Positions 16,641-24,569 of a stretch of DNA of 64,000 bases are shown here, piece by piece. The first letter of the stretch is position 1; each line of letters begins with the position of its first letter. The notes below the pieces were generated by a model. The model did not search any database and was not told the DNA's origin. It saw only the letters and a program-made list of their open reading frames with translations. A program made the position numbers and the translations under genes. Location of the stretch: the IMG/VR virus record IMGVR_UViG_3300029240_000008. The stretch is one strand, 5' to 3'. Origin of the DNA: a virus.

Positions 16641-17210
16641 TCAAACCACCTCTCTTTCAAACTTCCACACAAACCCTCCGGCTGTTTTCCTTACTCTCCC
16701 CGGTTTATATTCATTTTTATTTGCAACTTGAAGTATATTTCTGGAACATATGCCAGTAATAATTGACGCTGTCATTGCATTTGGAAAAGAAGCTAAATAG
16801 TTTCCGTTCGTATCATACATATATATTGTTTTCGGGCGTTCATACTGGTTATAATGAATCATCCCCGTATCTATCTGCGGGAGCATTTTAGCAGTCTCTT
16901 TTCTATGTTCTGACGGATGCATTATTTTCAAGTTGGTAACTACGTTGTTCTGCTTATTGCCATCTATATGATGTACGTGGTATCCTTTCGGAATTTCCCC
17001 TATGAAATGTTTAGCAACTAATGTATGTATTCTAGTTGTATGACATTTATTTCTTTCGTCATATAGGTTTACCGTAAAATACCATCCGTTTTTATCCTTA
17101 TTCGACATTATGTGTCCACTTGAATCTTTTCTAAAACTTTTCAGCTTCCCTGTATTTGAAATTTGGTATAATCCCTCGAAACCATTTACCCATTTCCATT
17201 CTTCTTTCAT
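16641..17210 (-). CDS. HNH homing endonuclease (NUMOD4 + HNH)
   Basis: N-terminal WKWVNGFEGLYQISNTGKLKS is NUMOD4-like. HHIDGNKQNNVVTNL...H is the HNH core. Confidence 0.8.
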   Translation of the reverse strand: MKEEWKWVNGFEGLYQISNTGKLKSFRKDSSGHIMSNKDKNGWYFTVNLYDERNKCHTTRIHTLVAKHFIGEIPKGYHVHHIDGNKQNNVVTNLKIMHPSEHRKETAKMLPQIDTGMIHYNQYERPKTIYMYDTNGNYLASFPNAMTASIITGICSRNILQVANKNEYKPGRVRKTAGGFVWKFEREVV

Positions 17211-17449
17211 ACTTTGTCATCCTTTGGAAATCTAAAAATCCCATCACCCATGCCGACAAATCTTCTATCAAGCACATCAAGTGCATCCTGCAATTTATCC
17301 TGCGTCGAGTACATTGCCATCACATACGGACTTTGCTGTATCCCTCCGGCAAATACCGCCTGTATGTAGTTGTCCGAAACAAGCAACGCTGTCATTTCAT
17401 ACGGAAGATTGATTTTTCCATCCTGTGATATAATCCTCATAGTTCTCAC
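17207..17449 (-). CDS. hypothetical protein (80 aa)
   Basis: ORF track. ATGA-type overlap with the HNH gene. Confidence 0.45.
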   Translation of the reverse strand: MRTMRIISQDGKINLPYEMTALLVSDNYIQAVFAGGIQQSPYVMAMYSTQDKLQDALDVLDRRFVGMGDGIFRFPKDDKV

Positions 17450-17579
17450 CTCTTTTTTCGAAATAGCCTTTTACCGACTCATAGTACGGGCAGTTTTCAC
17501 ACCGCCCGATCTGAGTCATACCGTGACCGAATTTACCGCAGTCACATCGGTCGAAATTGATGCAGTCGCCGTACATCAT
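17397..17579 (-). CDS. small Cys-rich protein (60 aa)
   Basis: CINFDRCDCGKFGHG...CENCPYY. Confidence 0.4.
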   Translation of the reverse strand: MMYGDCINFDRCDCGKFGHGMTQIGRCENCPYYESVKGYFEKRGENYEDYITGWKNQSSV

Positions 17580-17585
17580 ATGCGA

Positions 17586-18536
17586 TCACATCTCTTCTGG
17601 CTTCATAAAATCTGGAATCTCTGTTTCCTGTTTGTCTGCTGCCGGAACTGGTTCTTTCTCGGCAGTCTTTACGACTTCTGCGACTGTTGACTGTTTAGGC
17701 TGTTCTTCGATTGCTACTGGTTCGTCTGGGATAAATTCTTCTGCGTTGGCATTCTGCTCGATTTCATAAGCAACTTCATGTTCAATAATATCCTGCTTTG
17801 GAATTTCTTCTGTGGCTTCCTCAACTTCCTGAATGAAAATATCACCATGACTATTGATAATCTGCTTTAACGCACGATTGATAACTGTTTTCTTTGCCAT
17901 CTGGTCAGTAAACTTCTGGTGTGTTCCATTACCGCTTTCCTTGTAACCATAGCCCTGTGACCAAGCCTGTTTGATCTGTTTTATGTTCATTACTTCCAGA
18001 TGCTTTGTTCCATCTTCCATCAGCACTACTGCATATGCCCCAAGAATCTGATCGTTGTCAATGTCCATAAAATCCTGTTCGTGAGAATCCAGAACCTTGT
18101 TTCCATCTTCGATGTGGTATTTGAACTTATCACCATCGTAGATGATCTCGGCATGGATATCTTTCATTCCATATCTTCTGGCGATTGTAATGTTTCCGAA
18201 GTAAGACCTTTGGAACTGGCACTGACCGCCGTAGGCAATGAAATAACCCTGTTTTTTCTGAACTGAAAGTCCGAGCGTTGCCATGTTCATAAGGCTGTTT
18301 GCAATGCTTGTAGCTGTGCAAGATTCCAGAATTGGCTTATTATTTCTGTCTTTTGTCTCTTTCAGAGTCAAATATGCCCCCATGAGCGCATTACTGAGGT
18401 TGTAGTCTTTTGGGAATGAAAGACCGTATTCGCATTTTTTTTCAAGCTGCTTAACCAACCCATCAATGAATGAGTTGTTGATTACGATTGCCGCCTGCTG
18501 TTCTCCTGCTGTTGCTAACTGTGTTTTGTTTGCCAT
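17586..18536 (-). CDS. recT: RecT-family single-strand annealing recombinase
   Basis: 316 aa. The core ...KKQGYFIAYGGQCQFQRSYFG...AYAVVLMEDG...MNIKQIKQAWSQ is typical of RecT, with an acidic C-terminal tail. Confidence 0.8.
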   Translation of the reverse strand: MANKTQLATAGEQQAAIVINNSFIDGLVKQLEKKCEYGLSFPKDYNLSNALMGAYLTLKETKDRNNKPILESCTATSIANSLMNMATLGLSVQKKQGYFIAYGGQCQFQRSYFGNITIARRYGMKDIHAEIIYDGDKFKYHIEDGNKVLDSHEQDFMDIDNDQILGAYAVVLMEDGTKHLEVMNIKQIKQAWSQGYGYKESGNGTHQKFTDQMAKKTVINRALKQIINSHGDIFIQEVEEATEEIPKQDIIEHEVAYEIEQNANAEEFIPDEPVAIEEQPKQSTVAEVVKTAEKEPVPAADKQETEIPDFMKPEEM

Positions 18537-18949
18537 AACAATTCTCCTTTTCTATATTTTTTATATATTTGCCAACACGCTATTTGCGTGATTGCATCTG
18601 TACTGTTTGTTGTTTTGTAGGTTCCCAAACCGCTCTGGATACACTTCCTGATCAGATCCTTAGTTTCGTACCTACGCTATTTTTCAGGGCTCCAAACCCA
18701 AAGCCAATGTCAAGTCCATTCTCGAACCGTTTTGTACCCATGCAAATTCACAGGTCTGTCAAACCTCAAATATTAAATTTACATGGATTCTAGTGAGTGA
18801 ACACGTTCCTCACTTTGCAGGTGCAAAATCACCTGTAGCTTGATTAAGCTAAAATTATCTGTTATGCTATTAGCAAATATAGTTTGCTCTATATTTTGTG
18901 TGGAGCAGCTAGGCTGTCGCCAAACAAGTTCCTAGCTGTTCCACTTTTC

Positions 18950-20977
18950 TCAAATTTCCGTTACCGTCATATCCCCCTCAGAAACTTTCAAGAATATCAA
19001 CTGCGCATCTGCCTTAATGCCTGCCAGACTGCTGTTATCCAGTTCTGCTGCACAGTCAACGAAAATCGGATAGCTCACGCCATAAAACTTCTGCAAGCCG
19101 TCCATGATGGCAATTTTTCCTTTCATCATCAGGGCTGTATTGGCGTTCCCAATCAGTTTCTTCCAGTCGCCGTCCTTGTCCTGCACGTACCAGATGCAAG
19201 CATCTACTACTTCACCATTTTTCTGCGTATCAAATAACTTCACCTTAACACCGTCAAAATACTGGTTTACCGCATCTTCAAGGGCTGTATTCTTTGCCAT
19301 ACTCAGTGATTTCAATTCGTCCAGAATCATCTGTGCATCAGCTTTCTTCTGTGCATACTGTTTCTGGCTTTCCTGAAGCTTCTCGATCTGTTCGTCGATT
19401 CGGACGTTGTTGTTGGCTTCTCCGATTCTCTGATTGACTGCTGCCAATTCCTGTTTTTTGTCGGATAACTGCTCTGAAAGCTGTTTCTTCGCTTCTTCTC
19501 CATTGTCCAGAGAATTAAGCTCCTGCTGTTTCTCTTTGATTGATGCAAGAATCTGCTGATATTCGGCATTTCCTGAGAAGTCTGGTTCTGTCGGTATGGC
19601 TTCCAGATTCTTGTTTTCTGCATCCAGAGAAGTTTTGATCTGTTCTAATTCCCCTGTCAGCTTGGAAATCTCGGATGTAAGAGTTTCTTCCTGCTTATGC
19701 GCTTCTTTCATATCGACAGACGCTTTGTTTCCAGCCTGAATAACTTCATCAAGTTTGCGTTTCTTGTCCTGTTCCCATTCTTCCTTAGCCTTTAACTGCT
19801 GATTGATTCTTTCCTGCTTTTTCTGTTCAAATCTGCTCTTTAACTGCTCAATCTGCTCTGGCGGAAGATTCTGACCACAAGTCGGGCAAATGGTCTCTGC
19901 ATCCTTGAATGTCTCAGATTCAATGTTGTCCAGAGCTGTGTTGTCCCATTCTGTATCTTTGATTTTGGGATACTGTGTTCTGGCGTTCTGTAACTTTTCG
20001 AGAAGTTCTTTCTTCTGCGCTCTCAGAATTACCAAAGCAGAAGTCTCCCTGTTTAATTCGGCTGCTTTCAGATTTCTTTCTGTCCGCAACTCATTGATTT
20101 TAATTTGAATTGCAGTTTTCCTTGTCGAGATTTCTTCATGTGCTTTTGACTCGAAAGAATATTTTCTAACACCTAAATCTGAAAGTTCTGCTCTGAGTTT
20201 GCTGCTACGCTCGTTTCCTGACTGTGCAATCTGCGTTTCAAGGTCAGAAATCTGTTCCTGCAAGGCATTCTTCTGCAATTCCAATTCAGCGGTATCAGCA
20301 TCAACTTTCGACTGCTCCATGCCGATAATCTGGTTTGGAATGGCTTTTAGTTGTTCTTCTGCCTTTTTCAGTGTTGCACTGTTCATGGCTTTGATTTCGT
20401 CTGCCTTGTAGGTTTCCAGAAGTGGTACCAACTCGGCACAATCTGGAACCGTCTTGGCAATCTCTAAATCTGATTTCCCGGCACCGTCTGACATGGAAAA
20501 CAGAATCTTTCTGGCATCTGTATCTTTCAGATATGTGAAGATTTCCATGTGAGACAGCATAAGGAAATTATCAAAGTCAAACCCCCGTTCTTTCAAATCA
20601 GCTTTAAAATCTCTTTCAGCTTTCGGAACGCCGTTGATTTCGTACTTGTTTGATAATGCAACCTTTCCCGGTTTTCCGTCCTTTGGCTTACTTTCTGTGC
20701 GTTTCTGGAACTTCGCTACGCTTACTGGCTTTCCATCAATTACAAGGCCAATATCAACTCTTGGCAGACATTCTCTGCCATCATCCGGTCTGATATCCGG
20801 GTTGCTCTTTAAACTGTAGTCTTTGTCGCAAAACTCCCACATATGAGCGTCTGCCAGTGTGGTTTTTCCGCATCCGTTCTTCCCGGAAACGACTGTTCTG
20901 TGTCCGAACTCTATTTTCTTTTCTGACTGGCCTTTAAAATCGGTCAATCTAATTTCTCTTACTTCGATTTTCTTCAT
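18950..20977 (-). CDS. SMC/Rad50/SbcC-like ATPase with central CxxC hook
   Basis: Walker A GKNGCGKTT at the N-terminus, long coiled-coil middle, CPTCGQ near the centre, Walker-B-like PIFVDCAAELD at the C-terminus. Confidence 0.75.
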   Translation of the reverse strand: MKKIEVREIRLTDFKGQSEKKIEFGHRTVVSGKNGCGKTTLADAHMWEFCDKDYSLKSNPDIRPDDGRECLPRVDIGLVIDGKPVSVAKFQKRTESKPKDGKPGKVALSNKYEINGVPKAERDFKADLKERGFDFDNFLMLSHMEIFTYLKDTDARKILFSMSDGAGKSDLEIAKTVPDCAELVPLLETYKADEIKAMNSATLKKAEEQLKAIPNQIIGMEQSKVDADTAELELQKNALQEQISDLETQIAQSGNERSSKLRAELSDLGVRKYSFESKAHEEISTRKTAIQIKINELRTERNLKAAELNRETSALVILRAQKKELLEKLQNARTQYPKIKDTEWDNTALDNIESETFKDAETICPTCGQNLPPEQIEQLKSRFEQKKQERINQQLKAKEEWEQDKKRKLDEVIQAGNKASVDMKEAHKQEETLTSEISKLTGELEQIKTSLDAENKNLEAIPTEPDFSGNAEYQQILASIKEKQQELNSLDNGEEAKKQLSEQLSDKKQELAAVNQRIGEANNNVRIDEQIEKLQESQKQYAQKKADAQMILDELKSLSMAKNTALEDAVNQYFDGVKVKLFDTQKNGEVVDACIWYVQDKDGDWKKLIGNANTALMMKGKIAIMDGLQKFYGVSYPIFVDCAAELDNSSLAGIKADAQLIFLKVSEGDMTVTEI

Positions 20978-20978
20978 A

Positions 20979-21596
20979 TTACAAAATCTCCAATCTTTTT
21001 ACTGATACCTCCAACGCGGTTAACCATGATTGACTCTGGTCCGACCACAGTTCCCGGCTTTGAAATCTTCCGCAGAGTTTGATTTTTGCTCCCTTTTTCA
21101 GATTTTCTACGGCATCTGCGTTTTCCTCCCAGCATAAACAACTGATTGCGTCTGATCTGGTATATCCGGCTTTCTTCTTTCTGTTTACCGCTAGAAGTAT
21201 TCTTGCCAGCTTCCTGTCGTTGCTTGTGCCAATCATCTTTATTGTCGGCTTTTTAATCAAGTAACCGGTCAGATAAACTTCGTTTGCATCGTGTTCTTCC
21301 AGTCTTTCAAGGTACTGAATGTCCATTGCTCTTACATATGCTGTAAGGCTTTTCTTGCCATCTTCCCGGACTGTTCGACTTCGCATTTCACCATATACAC
21401 TGGCAATCAACTCTGTTTCTCTGGAAATCATGTGTTCCGGCACAATAATCGGAAGGATGTCATAGGATGTACTCTTTCTAAATATTGTCATTCTTCCCTC
21501 GTACATCTTGGTTCCACCGTATTCTTCATGTGAGAATACGAACCCCGCCGGAATGTCACCTGATAAAAGCACTTGGTTCTCATCTCGCATCTTCAT
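20979..21596 (-). CDS. ssDNA-binding protein with two OB-fold-like halves
   Basis: NQVLLSGDI...FSHEEYGGTKMYEG in the first half. NEVYLTGYLIKKP...ILLAVNRKK...CLCWEENA...KGAKIKLCGRFQSRELW in the second half, which is SSB-like. Sits in the recombination module. Confidence 0.55.
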   Translation of the reverse strand: MKMRDENQVLLSGDIPAGFVFSHEEYGGTKMYEGRMTIFRKSTSYDILPIIVPEHMISRETELIASVYGEMRSRTVREDGKKSLTAYVRAMDIQYLERLEEHDANEVYLTGYLIKKPTIKMIGTSNDRKLARILLAVNRKKKAGYTRSDAISCLCWEENADAVENLKKGAKIKLCGRFQSRELWSDQSQSWLTALEVSVKRLEIL

Positions 21597-21777
21597 TTCC
21601 TAAATCACCTTCTTCATTCAACAGCAATAATGTCTCCACAAGAACTGCTGCCTGCTTCAAAACAATGTTACTGAGTTTCTTGTTTCTTGCTTCGAGTTTT
21701 GCGTTTTCCGCTTCCAGATCACAAATAATCTCGCTTGCAAGTGGTTTCTGTTCGTTGGATGTGTGTGTTTTTGACAT
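21580..21777 (-). CDS. hypothetical coiled-coil protein (65 aa)
   Basis: ORF track. Confidence 0.4.
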   Translation of the reverse strand: MSKTHTSNEQKPLASEIICDLEAENAKLEARNKKLSNIVLKQAAVLVETLLLLNEEGDLGNEDAR

Positions 21778-21906
21778 AAAAAATGCCCTCCTAAATTATT
21801 TATTGATAAATACAGGAAGGTGTGTTATACTTGTCCTGTATTTAACTTAGCCAAATTAAGTTAGATACGCGGCTCTGCGCGGTATGGTGGTACCCGCAGG
21901 GCTTTC

Positions 21907-22665
21907 TTACTCTTTATCTGCTTCTACAAATTCGCCGTTAATGAGTTTATAGAATGTATCTGGCTTAATCTTTTCACCGTCAACTTTTGCGCTTTTTACA
22001 TCTACGATGTGGTATTCACCGCCCAGCTCTTTGCATTCTGCCAGTACAATAAAGCATCCAAGTGAACCTTTAGCCTTAGAATTGTATCCAATGGCCATTG
22101 CGACGCTTTCTTTTCCTTCTACTGTTGCCGCTGACCAGTTTCCGGTGTTGGTTGCCGCTGACCAGTTTCCGGTGTTGGTTGCCGCTGACCTGTTTCCGGT
22201 GTTGGTTGCCGCTGACCTGTTTCCGGTGTTGGTTGCCGCTGACCAGTTTCCGGTGTTGGTTGCCGCTGACCAGTTTCCAGTGTTGGTTGCCGCTGACCAG
22301 TCTCCGGTGTTGGTTGCCGCTGACCTGTTTCCGGTGTTGGACTTTTTATCATCGTCCCAGTTAACCTGACCTTTGATGTACTCCAGACCGGCTTTAATAA
22401 TTCCGGCAATTCCGATTTCTGCTTTAATCGAAATCTTCTTTCCTACTCTCTTGCTGTCGTCAGATTTCTGATCGTTTGCATCCAGCTCGACTTCGCAATA
22501 TCTGGAATCAGCCGGTGCATAATATCCAAATACATCCAACGGATTCTCACAAGCATGAAATCCCGTATCACAAATCTCGGCTCTTTCTTCTTCATACTTC
22601 TTTCCGATTTCATACTGAAAATCACGGCATTTTAAGTCTTTGTCAAATCCCTTATAGCATTTCAT
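21907..22665 (-). CDS. repeat protein with eight SAATNTGN(W/R) nonapeptides
   Basis: Start moved to MKCYKGFDKDL with GGAGGA SD. The N-terminal Cys/His-containing domain is followed by in-frame 27-nt tandem repeats. Confidence 0.6.
   Translation of the reverse strand: MKCYKGFDKDLKCRDFQYEIGKKYEEERAEICDTGFHACENPLDVFGYYAPADSRYCEVELDANDQKSDDSKRVGKKISIKAEIGIAGIIKAGLEYIKGQVNWDDDKKSNTGNRSAATNTGDWSAATNTGNWSAATNTGNWSAATNTGNRSAATNTGNRSAATNTGNWSAATNTGNWSAATVEGKESVAMAIGYNSKAKGSLGCFIVLAECKELGGEYHIVDVKSAKVDGEKIKPDTFYKLINGEFVEADKE
22124..22339. repeat. 8 x 27-bp near-perfect tandem repeat (coding)
   Basis: The unit is GTTGCCGCTGACCAGTTTCCGGTGTTG. Units differ mainly at one position (CAG/CTG), which toggles Trp/Arg. 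Confidence 0.9.
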
Positions 22666-22841
22666 TTTTCCTTGTCCTCCAAATTCAGTCCGAGTATAGC
22701 TGCACAAACCTCTTTCTTTAAATACGTATTTGCTTCGGTTGTGTTCAGGTACGCTTCAAATGCCTTTAATCTGCCTACCAGCTCTGCATACTCCTCGGCT
22801 ACGGTCTCTGCTCTGAAATCCATCTTATTTTCTTTCTCCAT
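22662..22841 (-). CDS. hypothetical protein (59 aa)
   Basis: Start at MEKENK with GAGGAGG SD. Confidence 0.4.
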   Translation of the reverse strand: MEKENKMDFRAETVAEEYAELVGRLKAFEAYLNTTEANTYLKKEVCAAILGLNLEDKEK

Positions 22842-23121
22842 CGCAATCCTCCTCACAATACGGACATGTGTTGTCCATCAAAATTTTGTTTAAATGGTCA
22901 GTTACTTTCTTTACGCTTTCTTCCTGCTGACAACCGCCCTCTACAATGCTGTACATATCAAACTCTCTTAATGATTCTTTCTTATATATGTTGATGTGTA
23001 AGCTGCATCCGATCTTGTAGTTTGCAAAATGAAATGCTACTGTTCTGCCGGTTTCTTTCTGAACTCTCCTGCACAACTGGTACAGCTCATCTACGGTCTT
23101 ATCAAATTCATTTATCTTCAT
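22825..23121 (-). CDS. hypothetical protein (98 aa)
   Basis: Start moved to MKINEFDK with GGAGGG SD. Confidence 0.45.
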   Translation of the reverse strand: MKINEFDKTVDELYQLCRRVQKETGRTVAFHFANYKIGCSLHINIYKKESLREFDMYSIVEGGCQQEESVKKVTDHLNKILMDNTCPYCEEDCDGERK

Positions 23122-23380
23122 CGAAAAGCCCTCCAAGTAAATCATCAAATAATGTTTTTACAACTTCTTTGATTTTTTCTTTTTGAATAGTTTTAAATTC
23201 TTCTTCGTTCATCAGCCCGATTTTGACCGCTTCGTCAATCTCCTGCTTCACAGATTCCTCTGTTTCTTTGCCATCTTCCATAATGGCTTCTTTGATTCCT
23301 CGAACGACAACAGCGAAGTCAGCTATTAATTCTGCTTTACTGCCTTTAAGTGTGACTTCTCCCATTTTTGCCTCGATCAT
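23108..23380 (-). CDS. hypothetical acidic protein (90 aa)
   Basis: ORF track. Confidence 0.45.
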   Translation of the reverse strand: MIEAKMGEVTLKGSKAELIADFAVVVRGIKEAIMEDGKETEESVKQEIDEAVKIGLMNEEEFKTIQKEKIKEVVKTLFDDLLGGLFDEDK

Positions 23381-23550
23381 CTTTCTTTCCCTCCGATTCT
23401 TTTAATTTCATCCGGGTAAATAACCACGAATGATAATGCGAATATTACGATTGCTACTGCAACCGGCTGTGATGCACTGTCAAATCTCCAGAACGGCAAG
23501 TACGGTGACATACCGCCAATCAGAGCTGACAGGATTAATGCTTTTGCCAT
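23377..23550 (-). CDS. small membrane protein (57 aa)
   Basis: Hand translation MAKALILSALIGGMSPYLPFWRFDSASQPVAVAIVIFALSFVVIYPDEIKRIGGKER. ATGA overlap with the downstream gene. Confidence 0.3.
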   Translation of the reverse strand: MAKALILSALIGGMSPYLPFWRFDSASQPVAVAIVIFALSFVVIYPDEIKRIGGKER

Positions 23551-23552
23551 TT

Positions 23553-23714
23553 TTATCCCTCCAATATGAGCACAAGCAGGATGTTGTAAACTGGAATATC
23601 TGGCATTCCTTTCATGAATAAGTTAATCTCGCATAGATCTGAATACTGTTCTTTGGTAATGTGAATGCCGATATTCTCTAAATCCTTTCGGGATGTAGAA
23701 AACTGGTTTTTCAC
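23553..23714 (-). CDS. hypothetical protein (53 aa)
   Basis: GTG start 6 nt after AGGAGG. Hand translation VKNQFSTSRKDLENIGIHITKEQYSDLCEINLF... Confidence 0.3.
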   Translation of the reverse strand: MKNQFSTSRKDLENIGIHITKEQYSDLCEINLFMKGMPDIPVYNILLVLILEG

Positions 23715-23724
23715 TTTTCGCCTC

Positions 23725-24417
23725 CTACATTATTATCTGTGCATTACAGTCTCGAATCATAATCTTTGTATTTGCACATGGCGTCCATTCCTTGATATAT
23801 TCAACCGCTTCCTGATACCTCAGTTTTGGAATGTTATTCCGGGCATTTACATCAAAGTAAGTTTTGACATCCCGGTTGCATTCTGCAAATACTTTCTTCC
23901 CGATCTCGTCGTAAGCATTGGATTTCTTGCCACCTAGCACTTCGATTACTACTCTTGAAACTAAATCTCCAAGATATTTCTGCTGTCCGTAGTCGATGGT
24001 CATTGTGTTCTCAAGTTTCTCGATTCGTTCCTCATGGTCTTGATTGCCCTGAGCCAGTAACTGAATCTGTTCTGCTACGGTCATTGGCTTTCTGGAGCCT
24101 TTCTCGAAATACTCATCCACCAGTCTGTCGTACACTTCCCACGCTTTGTCAGTGTTCAGCGACTTCGCATGGAGGAATGCTCCTTTTTCTGTCCAGAGGT
24201 AGAGTTTATTGAGATTACTTGGCAAATCGTGATTTTCACGAAACGCCCGAAGCTCATCTCCAGTCAAGCAAATATAATGTTTTCCATCAACATATCTGTC
24301 TTTGTTGTGATTAAAGTTATATGAAACAACTTTTATATCAGTTCCATACGCTTCAGCAATCTGCTGTGTGGTAAGAACTCGAATATTCTTGTATTCTGTT
24401 ACTGTTAAGTTATTCAT
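23725..24417 (-). CDS. phage antirepressor (ORF6N/KilA-type N-domain + ORF6C-like C-domain)
   Basis: IRVLTTQQIAEAYGTDIKVVSYNFNHNKDRYVDGKHYICLTGDELRAF is ORF6N-like. Second gene of the early operon. Confidence 0.65.
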   Translation of the reverse strand: MNNLTVTEYKNIRVLTTQQIAEAYGTDIKVVSYNFNHNKDRYVDGKHYICLTGDELRAFRENHDLPSNLNKLYLWTEKGAFLHAKSLNTDKAWEVYDRLVDEYFEKGSRKPMTVAEQIQLLAQGNQDHEERIEKLENTMTIDYGQQKYLGDLVSRVVIEVLGGKKSNAYDEIGKKVFAECNRDVKTYFDVNARNNIPKLRYQEAVEYIKEWTPCANTKIMIRDCNAQIIM

Positions 24418-24569
24418 GATTCTCCTTTCTGCTCAGAACGTCCTTTTCCAGATTCTTTCTCGCTTGCCATACCCTCGACTTTTCCGAGAATGTAACCTTT
24501 GTCAAAATCCGACATTTTCGGAATAGCATCTTTAAGTTTCTCGACAATGCGTTTTTCTTTTTCACTCAT
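24414..24569 (-). CDS. first early gene, small protein (51 aa)
   Basis: Hand translation MSEKEKRIVEKLKDAIPKMSDFDKGYILGKVEGMASEKESGKGRSEQKGES. Divergent from the repressor, so it occupies a Cro-like position. No clear HTH. Confidence 0.35.
   Translation of the reverse strand: MSEKEKRIVEKLKDAIPKMSDFDKGYILGKVEGMASEKESGKGRSEQKGES

Noticed and set aside
22124-22339. CRISPR-like regular repeats
   Set aside because: The units are contiguous 27-mers with no spacers. They are in frame within a long ORF, so this is a coding tandem repeat, not a CRISPR array.
22007-22409. Alternative-frame and antisense repeat ORFs (22007..22369, 22098..22364, 22119..22409)
   Set aside because: These are artefacts of the 27-bp periodicity. 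Only the frame continuous with the N- and C-terminal non-repeat domains of 21907-22665 makes sense.
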